A DNA stretch of 64,000 nucleotides, taken from Gemmatimonadota bacterium. GTDB lineage: Bacteria > Gemmatimonadota > Gemmatimonadetes > Longimicrobiales > Gaopeijiaceae. The notes beneath the pieces are model-generated. The model saw only the letters and a program-made list of their open reading frames with translations, ran no database searches and had not been told where the DNA came from. Made by a program: the position numbers and the translations under genes. Below, piece by piece: positions 1 to 9,047 of this stretch (positions are counted from its first letter, which is position 1; every line of letters begins with the position of its first letter). The DNA lies in assembly GCA_022825135.1 (NCBI GenBank), contig JAJDYN010000022.1:68891-132890 (forward strand), read 5' to 3'.

Positions 1-717
1 ATCGTGAAGATCTGGGTGGATGACCGGAGCGGTCAGTACGAGCGGCTCTCCTCGGAGCTCTACGGCGCCGTGATCGACGAGGCGCACGCCAACGGCCTGC
101 GCGTGACCGCCCACGTCTTCACGCTCGAGGACGCGAAGGGGCTGCTGCGGGCCGGCGTGGACGCCTTCGCGCACGGGATCCGCGACATGGACGTCGACGA
201 CGAGCTGGTTGCGCTCTGGCTTGAGCGTCCGAATGTGGTGCTGGTCCCCAACCTGCCCGCGCCCGGGGTGGCGGAGGACATGGGCTGGCTGGCGGGGTCG
301 GTGCCGGCGGCCCAGGTCGAGCTGATGCAGACCAACTCGTTCGACCGGCCGGAACTCCAGGACTTTTTCGGCATCCAGGCGCGCAACCTGAACCGCCTCA
401 GCCAGGAGGGCATCACCATCTCCTTCGGCACCGACGGCAGTTCGCCGTGGGCGGCGCACCAGGAGCTGGCCGACATGGTGCGGAGCGGGATGAGCCCGGC
501 GGACGTGATCGTGGCGGCCACCAGCGCCTCCGCCGAGTTCGTAGGCGCCGACGATCTGGGGACGGTGGCGGCCGGCAAGAGCGCCGACTTCATCGTGCTC
601 GACGCCAATCCGCTCGACGACATCACCAACACGCGCATGATCGACGCGGTGTACCTGCGCGGCGCGGCGATGGACCGCGACGGGCTGGGCGCGCGCTTCC
701 GGGGGGCGGGTCAGTAG
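1..717 (+). CDS. amidohydrolase family protein (partial; 5' end lies upstream of window)
   Basis: Frame-1 ORF is open from base 1 to TAG 715-717. The translation carries metal-dependent amidohydrolase C-terminal motifs (ISFGTDG, AATSASAEFVG, GTVAAGKSADFIVLDANPLDDI). Confidence 0.75.
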   Translation: MVKIWVDDRSGQYERLSSELYGAVIDEAHANGLRVTAHVFTLEDAKGLLRAGVDAFAHGIRDMDVDDELVALWLERPNVVLVPNLPAPGVAEDMGWLAGSVPAAQVELMQTNSFDRPELQDFFGIQARNLNRLSQEGITISFGTDGSSPWAAHQELADMVRSGMSPADVIVAATSASAEFVGADDLGTVAAGKSADFIVLDANPLDDITNTRMIDAVYLRGAAMDRDGLGARFRGAGQ

Positions 718-842
718 CGACCGACTTCGAGGGAGCCTGTTCGCTCCTCGCGGGGGCGCTCTCCGGCGGGACCCGGCGCGAGATTCTGCGCGCCTGCTCG
801 CCGGACGGTGGCGCGAGGGGGCTCGAGCGGCTGCGCGGCGGG

Positions 843-2129
843 ATGCGGGCGCACCTATTCCGGGGGCGTTTCGCCCCGCTCGTGCTGGACGGCCTGGTGC
901 GCGACTTCGACCTGCGCACTCGTGAGGAGGGGTTCCACGTCCTGCACTCGTGGAACCATCTGGAGCATCACTTCACCCGCGAGAACACCCCGGTGCTCAT
1001 GCTCGACCGCTTCGCGAAGGAATGGTCGGCGGCGCGGGCCACGCCGCGCGTCCAGGCGCTCCTCCTGGACCACTACTTCTTCTATGTGCTGGCGCTGATG
1101 GTCATGCGGGCTTGGGACGAGGGCGATCCCAACCGGAATCTGGACCGCATCACCGGGCTGCTCCGCCACCTGCAGGGTCCCCACGGGAGCGGGCACCAGT
1201 TCGTGGCGCGCGCCGAGACCCTGCTGCTGATGGCCATCTCGCATTTCCACCCGGACGAGAGCGCCTATCCCCGGCTGCTGGAGAGGATTCGCACCCTGGA
1301 TCGCGCACACAGGGTGCACTTCGCGCTGGCCGAAGCGGCGATCCTGGGAAGCCACCTGCGCTGGGGGTTCGCGGTGCTCTACCGGCGCGATCTGGGGCGC
1401 ATGCGCAGCGACAACGTGGGCGACTATCCGTGGCTGCTCTTCTCGGTCGCGACGCTCATGGACGAGTACGTGCGGCTGCGCGAGGATCCCGAGGGAGCGG
1501 ACCTCGCGGACGAACGCCGCGCCCGTGTGCTCGAGGGTCTCATCGATGGCCTGACCCCGGACCCATGGGCTTTCACGGGCGCGCCCCCGGAGGCGCTCCG
1601 GCCCTACGAAGAGGAGCATTCGGGCTTCCGGGAGGCCTTTGCGGAGCACCGGGACGACCTGCTGGAGGAGTTCGCCCGGCTGCGACCCGAACGGGAGGCG
1701 TATTCGCCGCTCTCGTACCACTGCAACTTTCCCCACAACGCCATCATGGCGAAGGTCTCGATCCAGCTCGCCGACGAGAATGCCCCCAACCTGCCGATGG
1801 ACGCCATGTTCACGCGCGCCGAGGTCTGGCGGCCCGCGGACCAGGGGGCGCTGGCCGCGGGCGCGCCTGACGCGGTGACGGATCCCGGGCGCGGGGGCGT
1901 GCGCGATGCCGAAACGGCGGCAGTGCCCGGCGACGAGTCGGATGCCGCCCGGGCTGCCGCGTTCATGTCCGCGGACCACCCCGAGGCTTTGGCGCGCTAC
2001 CTGATGGCGTACTCCGGGGCGAGTCCGGAGCGGCTGGGGCGGCGCGGGGCCCGGCTCATCATCTACGACCCCAACGTGGGGCTCAGGTACTACAGGATGG
2101 CGCTGCAGGCGCTGCGTTCCGCGAGTTGA
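843..2129 (+). CDS. hypothetical protein, no family recognised
   Basis: Part of ORF 447-2129. The first ATG after the preceding gene's stop is 843 (MRAHLFRG...). Codon use is GC3-rich as in neighbouring genes. It has a His-rich segment HVLHSWNHLEHHF and no signal peptide or TM segment. The start is uncertain. Confidence 0.55.
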   Translation: MRAHLFRGRFAPLVLDGLVRDFDLRTREEGFHVLHSWNHLEHHFTRENTPVLMLDRFAKEWSAARATPRVQALLLDHYFFYVLALMVMRAWDEGDPNRNLDRITGLLRHLQGPHGSGHQFVARAETLLLMAISHFHPDESAYPRLLERIRTLDRAHRVHFALAEAAILGSHLRWGFAVLYRRDLGRMRSDNVGDYPWLLFSVATLMDEYVRLREDPEGADLADERRARVLEGLIDGLTPDPWAFTGAPPEALRPYEEEHSGFREAFAEHRDDLLEEFARLRPEREAYSPLSYHCNFPHNAIMAKVSIQLADENAPNLPMDAMFTRAEVWRPADQGALAAGAPDAVTDPGRGGVRDAETAAVPGDESDAARAAAFMSADHPEALARYLMAYSGASPERLGRRGARLIIYDPNVGLRYYRMALQALRSAS

Positions 2130-2229
2130 CAGCACAGGGGCCATGCCCCTACCGGTCACAGGTGCCCGCGACCCGTCGCGTCATCCCGAAGTCGCGTGTC
2201 GGGAAAGCGGAGAAGACCCGGAGGGTCCC

Positions 2230-2778
2230 ATGCCGTATTCATCCCGCCTCGCCCGAGCCGGCGCGGTCCTCGTGGCCGCCGCCACCCTCATGGCCGGCTG
2301 CGGCCTCCTGCCGCCGATGAGTTCCGGTCCGCCCGGCGCCGGTGCCGACCCAGCGGATAGCGACCCCGCCCGCGGAAACCAGACCGGCGACCAGGTGGGT
2401 GTCGGCTACGGTACCCAGGATCGCGGTGAACTGACCGGCGCCGTGTCCTCGGTGCGGGCCGAGGACGTGGGCCGGGAGGTGACCAGCATCCTGGACCTCA
2501 TCGAAGGCCGGCTGCCCGGCGTGACGGTGCGGCGCCTCGGAAACGGCGACGTCTCGATCCGGGTTCGCGGAGCTCCGTCGTTCATGGGTGGCGGGGAGCC
2601 CCTCTTCGTGATCGACGGCCGGACCATAATGGCCCCCGTGGGCTCGGCTCTGATGGCCATCAACCCGAAGGACGTCGTGCGCATCGACGTCCTCAAGGAC
2701 GCCGGGGCCACGGCGATCTACGGCAGCCGCGGCGGGAACGGCGTGATCCTGATCACGACGAGAAGGGCGCCCGGGTAG
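2230..2778 (+). CDS. lipoprotein consisting only of a TonB-dependent-receptor plug-like domain
   Basis: ATG 2230 is preceded by GGAGAAGACCCGGAGGG. Lipobox LMAGC. The C-terminal 120 aa (VGVGYGTQDRGELTGAVSSV...LPGVTV...VRGAPS...PLFVIDG...INPKDVVRIDVLKDAGATAIYGSRGGNGVILITT) parallel the plug region of the SusC gene immediately downstream. No barrel follows. Confidence 0.7.
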   Translation: MPYSSRLARAGAVLVAAATLMAGCGLLPPMSSGPPGAGADPADSDPARGNQTGDQVGVGYGTQDRGELTGAVSSVRAEDVGREVTSILDLIEGRLPGVTVRRLGNGDVSIRVRGAPSFMGGGEPLFVIDGRTIMAPVGSALMAINPKDVVRIDVLKDAGATAIYGSRGGNGVILITTRRAPG

Positions 2779-3027
2779 AAGCCCGGCGCCGCACCCGGTT
2801 CATCAACACGGCCATCGGGGCGTCCCGGCAGGGCATCTTGCGGCCGTCCCGTCGCCGGCCGCGATGCGGCGTCCTCGAGCGACCCCTGCTGGTGCGTTTC
2901 TTGCGTTCGTGCAATACGTTCTCATGGACGCCGCGGCTGCCGGTCTGCGCGTGCCGTCTCCCCTCGTCGGGTGCACGTGCCATGTCCCGCCGCGGCCCGT
3001 GTAACTCCTCTCTCTCCTGGAGGCACT

Positions 3028-6000
3028 ATGCGAAGAATCCTACGAATCTCGATGGGTCTGGTCGCCGGCGTGGTTGCGATGACGCTGCCGCTCGAGGCCC
3101 AGGTCACCGGCACAGTCACCTCCGCCGAGTCGGGCGAACCCCTAGCCACGGTGCAGGTGTCCATCGAAGGAACGGGCATCGGGGGTCTCACGAACGAAGA
3201 AGGCCGCTACCTCCTGATCAACGTCCCCGCCGGGCCGCAGATCGTCCTCTTCCAGTACCTCGGCTTCGAGACCGAGCGCCGGGAGATCACGGTTACGGAG
3301 GGAGAGGCGGTGGTCCAGGACGTGACGATGACCGGGACCGTGCTCGGTCTGGACGAACTGGTGGTCGTCGGCTACGGGACCCAGTTGCGCAGGGAGGTGA
3401 CGGGAGCCGTGAGCTCGGTCCCGGGCGTCGAGATCGCCCAGGCCGCGGTGACGCCCAACCTGCAGACCGTCCTCCAGGGCCGGCTGGCCGGGGTCAACGT
3501 GGCCGAGTCGTCCGGGGAGCCGGGATCGGCCCCGCAGGTGCTGGTCCGGGGCCGGGGCTCGATTTCGGCGGGCACCGAGCCGCTCTACGTCATCGACGGC
3601 GTGCCCTACTCGATGAACCTGGACATCGAGGGCGAGGTGAGTCTGCAGCGGGCGAGCTTCGGCGTCGTGCGGGCCAACCCGCTGGCCAACCTCAACCCCA
3701 ACGACATCGAGAACATCGAGGTCCTGAAGGATGCCGCGGCCGCGGCGATCTACGGCTCGCGCGGCTCCAACGGCGTCATCCTGATCACGACCAAGCGGGG
3801 AGAGCGGGGCGCGCCGCCGCAGGTGAGCTTCCGGGCCTACGGCGGAATGCAGACCGCGTTCAACCGGCCGCGCATGATGAACGCCGCGGAGAACATCCAG
3901 TACGTGAAGGATTCCCGCAACAACTCCTACCTCCTGGGCCGCGATCCCCTCAATCCGGCGAGCCCCAACTACAACCCGAACTACAATCCGGACACCAACG
4001 CCGGCCGCGCCGAGAACGGCGCGAGCGGATCGCAGATGATCCCCGAGGCCTACGTGAACTGGGACGGGACCGACAGCGACTGGATCGGCGCCGTCCTGGA
4101 CGATGCGGTCCTGCAGAACTACGACGCCTCGGTCAGGGGAGGATCGGAGAACCTCGCGTACTTCGTCTCCGGGTCCTACATGGATCAGTCGGGCGTCATC
4201 AAGGGGTCGAGTTTCCAGCGGCTCGCGCTGCGCGCCAATCTGACCCTGGATCCGAGCGACCGGCTCCAGTTGGCCGTGGATATCAACTCGGCCTACGCGG
4301 ACCACGACCGCAAGGCGGCCCACGCGCCCTATTTCGGCAGGCCGCCCGGCCTCATCTACTCGGCGATGGTGTCGTCTCCCCTCGCCCGCATCTATGACAG
4401 CGACGGCAACTACCTGCAGCGGGGCGAGCACAGCATCAACGCGCTGGGCAACGGGATGACCAGCACCAATCACGCCCTGGCCGCCCGTGACTACATCGAC
4501 GACAAGCTGCAGACCGGGCGCGTGTTCGGAAGCGTGTCCGCGGATCTGGACCTGAGCGACAACCTGCGCTACCGGGCGCTCTTCGGCTACGACTACGACA
4601 CCAGCAACCGCCACTTCTACCAGGGTACCCGCCTGCAGTACCGGGGAAGGAACGTTCCCGACCCCTATTCCCAGGCCCTCTCGGGCCAGAGCCGCAACTG
4701 GCTCCTCGAGAACACCCTGAACTACAACACGGCGTCCGGTCCGCACAGCTTCAACGTGCTGGGCGGGTATACCGCCGAGCGGCAGTTCGACGGGAACCAG
4801 GACGTGATCGCCCGCAACTTCCCCGACGACCAGGTCACGACCATCAACGGAGGAGAGATCACGGGGGGAGGCCAGGATCAGTCGGAGTGGTCCCTGGTTT
4901 CGGCACTCGGCCGGGTCAACTACAGCCTGCTCAACCGGTACCTGGCGACCGCGACCTTCCGGGCGGACCGTTCGTCGCGCTTCGGATGGGACAACCAGAC
5001 CGGCTACTTCCCCTCGCTGTCGCTCGGATGGCAGGTCACCGAGGAGCCGTTCATGCGCGGGAGCACCCTGTTCAGCCAGCTCAAGCCGCGCGTCAGCTAC
5101 GGGGTGACCGGGAATTTCCAGATCCCCAACTACGGTTCCATCGGCCTGGTGGGGCGCCAGCCGTACGTGCTGGGCGACGCGGTGGTCGCGGGCGCCACCC
5201 CGCGGACGCTGGGCAACCGCGAGCTCACCTGGGAGACCACGAGGCAGCTCAACGTGGGCGTGGACTTCGGGATCATGGCGGACCGCATCTACGGTGCGCT
5301 GGACTATTACGTCAGCAACACGGAGGACCTGCTGCTGAACGTGAACGTGCCCTCGTCCACGGGCTTCGCCACCGTGCTCACCAACATCGGAGAGGTCCGC
5401 AACACCGGCTTCGAGGCGCAGATCACCTCGCGCAACCTCGTGGGAAGCTTCCAGTGGACCACGGACGTGAGCCTGGGCACCAACTCGAACGAGGTCATCC
5501 GGCTCGGCGCCGAGGGAGACCCGATCCTCGCTGCCGGCGTCGCGGGTGTCCGCCACATCACCCAGGTCGGGGGCGAAATCGGCGCCTATTACGGCTACGT
5601 GCACGATGGCATCTACCAGAGCGAGGCGGACATCGCCTCCAGCCCCGTCGACGAGCGCAACGTCACCCCCGGGGACATCAAGTGGAAGGACGTCAACGGC
5701 GACGGCCGCATCACCGCCGCCGACCGCACGGAGCTCGGCAGCTACAATCCCGACATGACGTGGGGTCTGTTCAACCGCTTCGCCGTGGGAGACCTGGAGT
5801 TGAGCGTCTTCTTCCAGGGCGTGGTCGGGCGCGAGGTCCTGAACCTCACCCGGCGGCACCTGACGGCGCAGGGCAACTTCAACGGCTACGGCAACCTGGT
5901 CGGCAACTACTGGAGGTCGCCGGAGGAGCCGGGCAACGGCTGGGACCACAAGCCGGACCGGCAGGACCACGGCGGGAACACGAGGCCGTCCAACTACCAG

Positions 6001-6261
6001 ATGGAGGACGGCTCGTACACGAGCCTCAAGAGCATCACGCTGTCGTACAACGTGCCGCCCGGGTTGCTGGGCGGCATCTTCGGCCAGGCGCCGGGGAGCG
6101 TTCGGGTCTTCGGGTCCGTGAACAACGTCTACATATGGACGGACTACTGGGGCTGGAACCCCGAGGCGAGCGTCCAGTCGACCGGGCTGACCCCGGGTCA
6201 GGACTATGGGGCGTATCCGCTGATGCGGGCGTTCCAGTTCGGCGCCGAGATCGGATTCTAG
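3028..6261 (+). CDS. susC: SusC/RagA family TonB-linked outer membrane protein
   Basis: ATG 3028 follows GGAGG. The protein has a signal peptide, a carboxypeptidase-regulatory-like N-domain (QVTGTVTSAESGEPLATVQVSIEGTGIGGLTNEEGRYLL), a TonB box/plug (DELVVVGYGTQ, VLKDAAAAAIYGSRGSNGVILITTKRG), a long barrel and a terminal F. A SusD gene follows 4 bp later. Confidence 0.9.
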   Translation: MRRILRISMGLVAGVVAMTLPLEAQVTGTVTSAESGEPLATVQVSIEGTGIGGLTNEEGRYLLINVPAGPQIVLFQYLGFETERREITVTEGEAVVQDVTMTGTVLGLDELVVVGYGTQLRREVTGAVSSVPGVEIAQAAVTPNLQTVLQGRLAGVNVAESSGEPGSAPQVLVRGRGSISAGTEPLYVIDGVPYSMNLDIEGEVSLQRASFGVVRANPLANLNPNDIENIEVLKDAAAAAIYGSRGSNGVILITTKRGERGAPPQVSFRAYGGMQTAFNRPRMMNAAENIQYVKDSRNNSYLLGRDPLNPASPNYNPNYNPDTNAGRAENGASGSQMIPEAYVNWDGTDSDWIGAVLDDAVLQNYDASVRGGSENLAYFVSGSYMDQSGVIKGSSFQRLALRANLTLDPSDRLQLAVDINSAYADHDRKAAHAPYFGRPPGLIYSAMVSSPLARIYDSDGNYLQRGEHSINALGNGMTSTNHALAARDYIDDKLQTGRVFGSVSADLDLSDNLRYRALFGYDYDTSNRHFYQGTRLQYRGRNVPDPYSQALSGQSRNWLLENTLNYNTASGPHSFNVLGGYTAERQFDGNQDVIARNFPDDQVTTINGGEITGGGQDQSEWSLVSALGRVNYSLLNRYLATATFRADRSSRFGWDNQTGYFPSLSLGWQVTEEPFMRGSTLFSQLKPRVSYGVTGNFQIPNYGSIGLVGRQPYVLGDAVVAGATPRTLGNRELTWETTRQLNVGVDFGIMADRIYGALDYYVSNTEDLLLNVNVPSSTGFATVLTNIGEVRNTGFEAQITSRNLVGSFQWTTDVSLGTNSNEVIRLGAEGDPILAAGVAGVRHITQVGGEIGAYYGYVHDGIYQSEADIASSPVDERNVTPGDIKWKDVNGDGRITAADRTELGSYNPDMTWGLFNRFAVGDLELSVFFQGVVGREVLNLTRRHLTAQGNFNGYGNLVGNYWRSPEEPGNGWDHKPDRQDHGGNTRPSNYQMEDGSYTSLKSITLSYNVPPGLLGGIFGQAPGSVRVFGSVNNVYIWTDYWGWNPEASVQSTGLTPGQDYGAYPLMRAFQFGAEIGF

Positions 6262-6265
6262 GGGG

Positions 6266-7693
6266 ATGACAATGAAGACGACAATACGAACCGTGGTAAT
6301 CCTGCCGGTGGTCTTCCTCCTCTCGTCCTGCAGCGAGGACTTCACGCTGCTGAGCCCGATCTCCGAGCGGAACGTGGAGGACTTCTACCAGACGCCCACC
6401 GACTTCGACGTGGCCATCAACGGCGCCTACGCCACGCTTGCGAGCAACGGCGCCTACAACCGTTCCTACGTTCTCCTGCACGAGATGCGTTCGGACAACA
6501 CCATGAACGGGGGCGGCGCGACCGGTCTCGCGGAGGTGTACCATCGCATCGCCCACTTCTCGGAGCTGTCGACCCAGGAGGAACTGTCCATTCCCTGGAC
6601 GACGGCCTATCAGGGAATCGCGCGCACGAACCTCATCCTCGATCGGCTGGACAACCTGGAGGACCAGCAGGTGGCCAGCCGCATCCAGGGTGAAGCGCTC
6701 TTCATCCGTTCGCTCTTCTACTACCACCTCGCGGTCCTCTGGGGGAACGTGCCGCTGCAGATCGAGGCGGTGACTTCGCCCAACGTCGAGGTGAACCAGG
6801 TCAGCGCGGACGTGGTCTACGGCCAGATCGCGGGAGACCTGGAGACCGCCCAGGGGCTGCTGCCCGCGTCCTACAGCGGGGCCGATGTCGGGCGCGCCAC
6901 CAGCGGCGCCGCCAACACCCTGCTCGGCCTCGTCTACCTTACCAACGGTCAGTCGGGCCCGGCGGCCGAGGCGCTGCGCCGGGTGGTGAGTTCCGGCCAG
7001 TACTCGCTGGTGCCGAACTACGCCGACCTCTGGGGCGTGGCCAACGAGAACAACGCCGAATCCGTCTTCGAGCTCCAGTACAAGGCGGGCGGCACCGGCA
7101 CCGGAAGCCAGTTCACCGACTACTACACGCCGTTCGGCGGATCCGGCGGGGTCGGCGCCGGCAACGCGCCCCAGGTCCTCTCGCCCGGCATCGACCAGAT
7201 CCACTCGATGCAGTACATGATGGCGGAGGAGGACGCGCGCGGCATGGGCGGAACCTTCGCCGTCTCCGACGAAGGCAACGTCTACGTCAGGAAGTGGGAG
7301 AGCATCCCCTTCGCGCAGGCCGACGCGGACAACAACTTCCCCGTGTTCCGCTATGCGGACGTCCTGCTGATGCTGGCCGAAGCGCTCGGCGAGGGCGGCG
7401 AGGCGTACGCGCTGATCAACCAGGTGCGCGCGCGCGCCGGAGTGTCGCCCATCGGCGCGAGCACCCCGGGGAGCTTCCAGGAGAAGCTGTTGTTCGAGCG
7501 CCAGCTCGAGTTCATCACCGAGGGCAAGCGCTGGGCCGACCTTCTCCGATTCGGGGTCGCGCCGCAGGTCATGTCGAGTTTCGAGCCTCTGATGGCCGCC
7601 GGCCTCTCGGCGGGGGACATCCGGCTGGTCTATCCGATTCCCCAGCGCGAGATCGACGTATCGCCCGGAGAGATGGTGCAGAATCCGGGCTGA
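6266..7693 (+). CDS. susD: SusD/RagB family nutrient-binding outer membrane lipoprotein
   Basis: Lipoprotein signal (VVFLLSSCSEDF). SusD-type helical motifs are present (ARTNLILDRL, EALFIRSLFYYHLAVLWGNVPL, FRYADVLLMLAEA, LLFERQLEF..EGKRWADLLR). It sits immediately after SusC. Confidence 0.85.
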   Translation: MTMKTTIRTVVILPVVFLLSSCSEDFTLLSPISERNVEDFYQTPTDFDVAINGAYATLASNGAYNRSYVLLHEMRSDNTMNGGGATGLAEVYHRIAHFSELSTQEELSIPWTTAYQGIARTNLILDRLDNLEDQQVASRIQGEALFIRSLFYYHLAVLWGNVPLQIEAVTSPNVEVNQVSADVVYGQIAGDLETAQGLLPASYSGADVGRATSGAANTLLGLVYLTNGQSGPAAEALRRVVSSGQYSLVPNYADLWGVANENNAESVFELQYKAGGTGTGSQFTDYYTPFGGSGGVGAGNAPQVLSPGIDQIHSMQYMMAEEDARGMGGTFAVSDEGNVYVRKWESIPFAQADADNNFPVFRYADVLLMLAEALGEGGEAYALINQVRARAGVSPIGASTPGSFQEKLLFERQLEFITEGKRWADLLRFGVAPQVMSSFEPLMAAGLSAGDIRLVYPIPQREIDVSPGEMVQNPG

Positions 7694-7731
7694 GACGGGG
7701 CAGGGTGAGCTGACGCGAACCGCCGGCTGAC

Positions 7732-9027
7732 ATGGCTCGCGCGCGCAAGCAGGCCGTGAATCGGCCCGCCGCGGGAAACCGGCCGCTTTCGGGGAAAGCC
7801 CTGGTCGCACTGAGTACAGTGGGGCCGGGGCTCTTCCTGATCGGGTACAACATCGGCACGGGCAGCATCACCACCATGGGGATGGCGGGCGCCCGGTACG
7901 GCATGAACCTGCTCTGGGCGCTCGTGCTGTCGGGGATCTTCACGTACGTCCTCATGGTCGCGTTCGGGCGCCTGACGCTGGTCACCGGCCGGACGGCGCT
8001 CCAGAGCTTCAAGACCGGAATTCCGGCGGTCGGCAGGGTTCTCGCCCTGTACGTGCTGATCGCGCTGGTGCTGGGCGAGCTGGTGGCGCTCACGGGGGTG
8101 ATGGGGATCGTGGCGGAGCTGATCCAGGAGGGGATCCGGCTCGCCTCGCCGGCGGGGGATGCCGTGATCCCGACCTTCTGGATCGTCCTGACGGTCGCAA
8201 GCGGAATCTTCCTGCTGCTCTGGTTCGGCCACTACCGGCTCTTCGAGAGGGTGCTGACCGCCTTCGTCATCCTGATGGTCTTCTGCTTCGTCGCGGTCTT
8301 CTTCATGGTCTCCCCGAGCTACACGGAGGTGCTCGCGGGCATGGTCCCCGCGGTGCCGGACACGCCCGGGGCCAGCCGCCTGGTGGCCGCCATGGCCGGC
8401 ACGACCTGTTCGGCCGCGGTCTTCATCGTGCGCAGCACGGTGGTGGCCGAGAAGGGGTGGACGGTGGCGGACCTCGGGCGCGAGAAGCGGGATGCGCTGG
8501 TATCGGCGACGGTGATGGTCTTCCTGAGCGCGATGGTCATGGCCGTGGCGGCGGGGACCCTGTTCGTTCGGGGCATGACCATGGAGTCGACCCTGGAGAT
8601 GATCGGGCTGCTCGAACCGATCGGGGGCGGCCTCGCGGCCTTCCTGCTCATCGTGGGGATATCCGGGGCGGGGTTGTCCACGGTCTTTCCCCTGGTGCTG
8701 ATCGCGCCCTGGCTGATCGCCGACTACGCGGGCTGGAAGCGGGATCTGCGCTCGCGTTCGTCCCGGCTCCTGATCGGGTTGGGCCTCCTCTTCTCCTTCG
8801 GTTCGGTGTTCCTGGACCAGGCGCCCCCGGTGCTCATGGTCATCGCCATGGCGCTCCAGGCGGCCATCCTTCCCGCGGTGGCCATCCCGGCGTTCTACCT
8901 GCTGAACAGGAGGCAGGTGATGGGAGAGGAGCACCGGGCCACGCCGGGCTGGAACGCGGGCCTGATCGCCGTGATCCTGTTCTCGCTGGTCACGACCTGG
9001 TTCGCCGTCACGGGGCTCCTGGGGTGA
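7732..9027 (+). CDS. Nramp-fold (Nramp family-like) membrane transporter with non-canonical substrate site
   Basis: 431-aa polytopic membrane protein. The N-terminal block VGPGLFLIGYNIGTGSITTMGMAGARYGMNLLW aligns by eye with MntH [32 protein letters not shown]. The DPGN and MPH motifs are absent. Confidence 0.7.
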   Translation: MARARKQAVNRPAAGNRPLSGKALVALSTVGPGLFLIGYNIGTGSITTMGMAGARYGMNLLWALVLSGIFTYVLMVAFGRLTLVTGRTALQSFKTGIPAVGRVLALYVLIALVLGELVALTGVMGIVAELIQEGIRLASPAGDAVIPTFWIVLTVASGIFLLLWFGHYRLFERVLTAFVILMVFCFVAVFFMVSPSYTEVLAGMVPAVPDTPGASRLVAAMAGTTCSAAVFIVRSTVVAEKGWTVADLGREKRDALVSATVMVFLSAMVMAVAAGTLFVRGMTMESTLEMIGLLEPIGGGLAAFLLIVGISGAGLSTVFPLVLIAPWLIADYAGWKRDLRSRSSRLLIGLGLLFSFGSVFLDQAPPVLMVIAMALQAAILPAVAIPAFYLLNRRQVMGEEHRATPGWNAGLIAVILFSLVTTWFAVTGLLG

Positions 9028-9047
9028 CGGCGCCTCCCGGACGCGCG

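Noticed and set aside
447-842. Upstream part of ORF 447-2129, overlapping the amidohydrolase gene in another frame.
   Set aside because: It overlaps a well-supported CDS and its translation is Arg/Gly-rich junk. The first plausible start after the amidohydrolase stop is 843.
2779-3027. 249-bp gap upstream of SusC, containing TTGCGTTCGTGCAA and other small inverted repeats, as a possible riboswitch or promoter.
   Set aside because: It matches no riboswitch consensus I know, and the -35/-10 spacing did not fit. It is left unannotated.
3142-6345. 1067-aa ORF antisense to SusC. Similar long antisense or out-of-frame ORFs include 855-2159(-), 12188-14794(-), 32932-36261(+), 52717-55701(+), 18437-20305(-), 44597-46951(+) and 49319-52591(-).
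   Set aside because: Their translations are Arg/Pro/Gly/Ala-rich low-complexity sequence with no recognisable motifs. They mirror well-supported genes on the other strand. Long stop-free antisense frames are expected in very GC-rich DNA.
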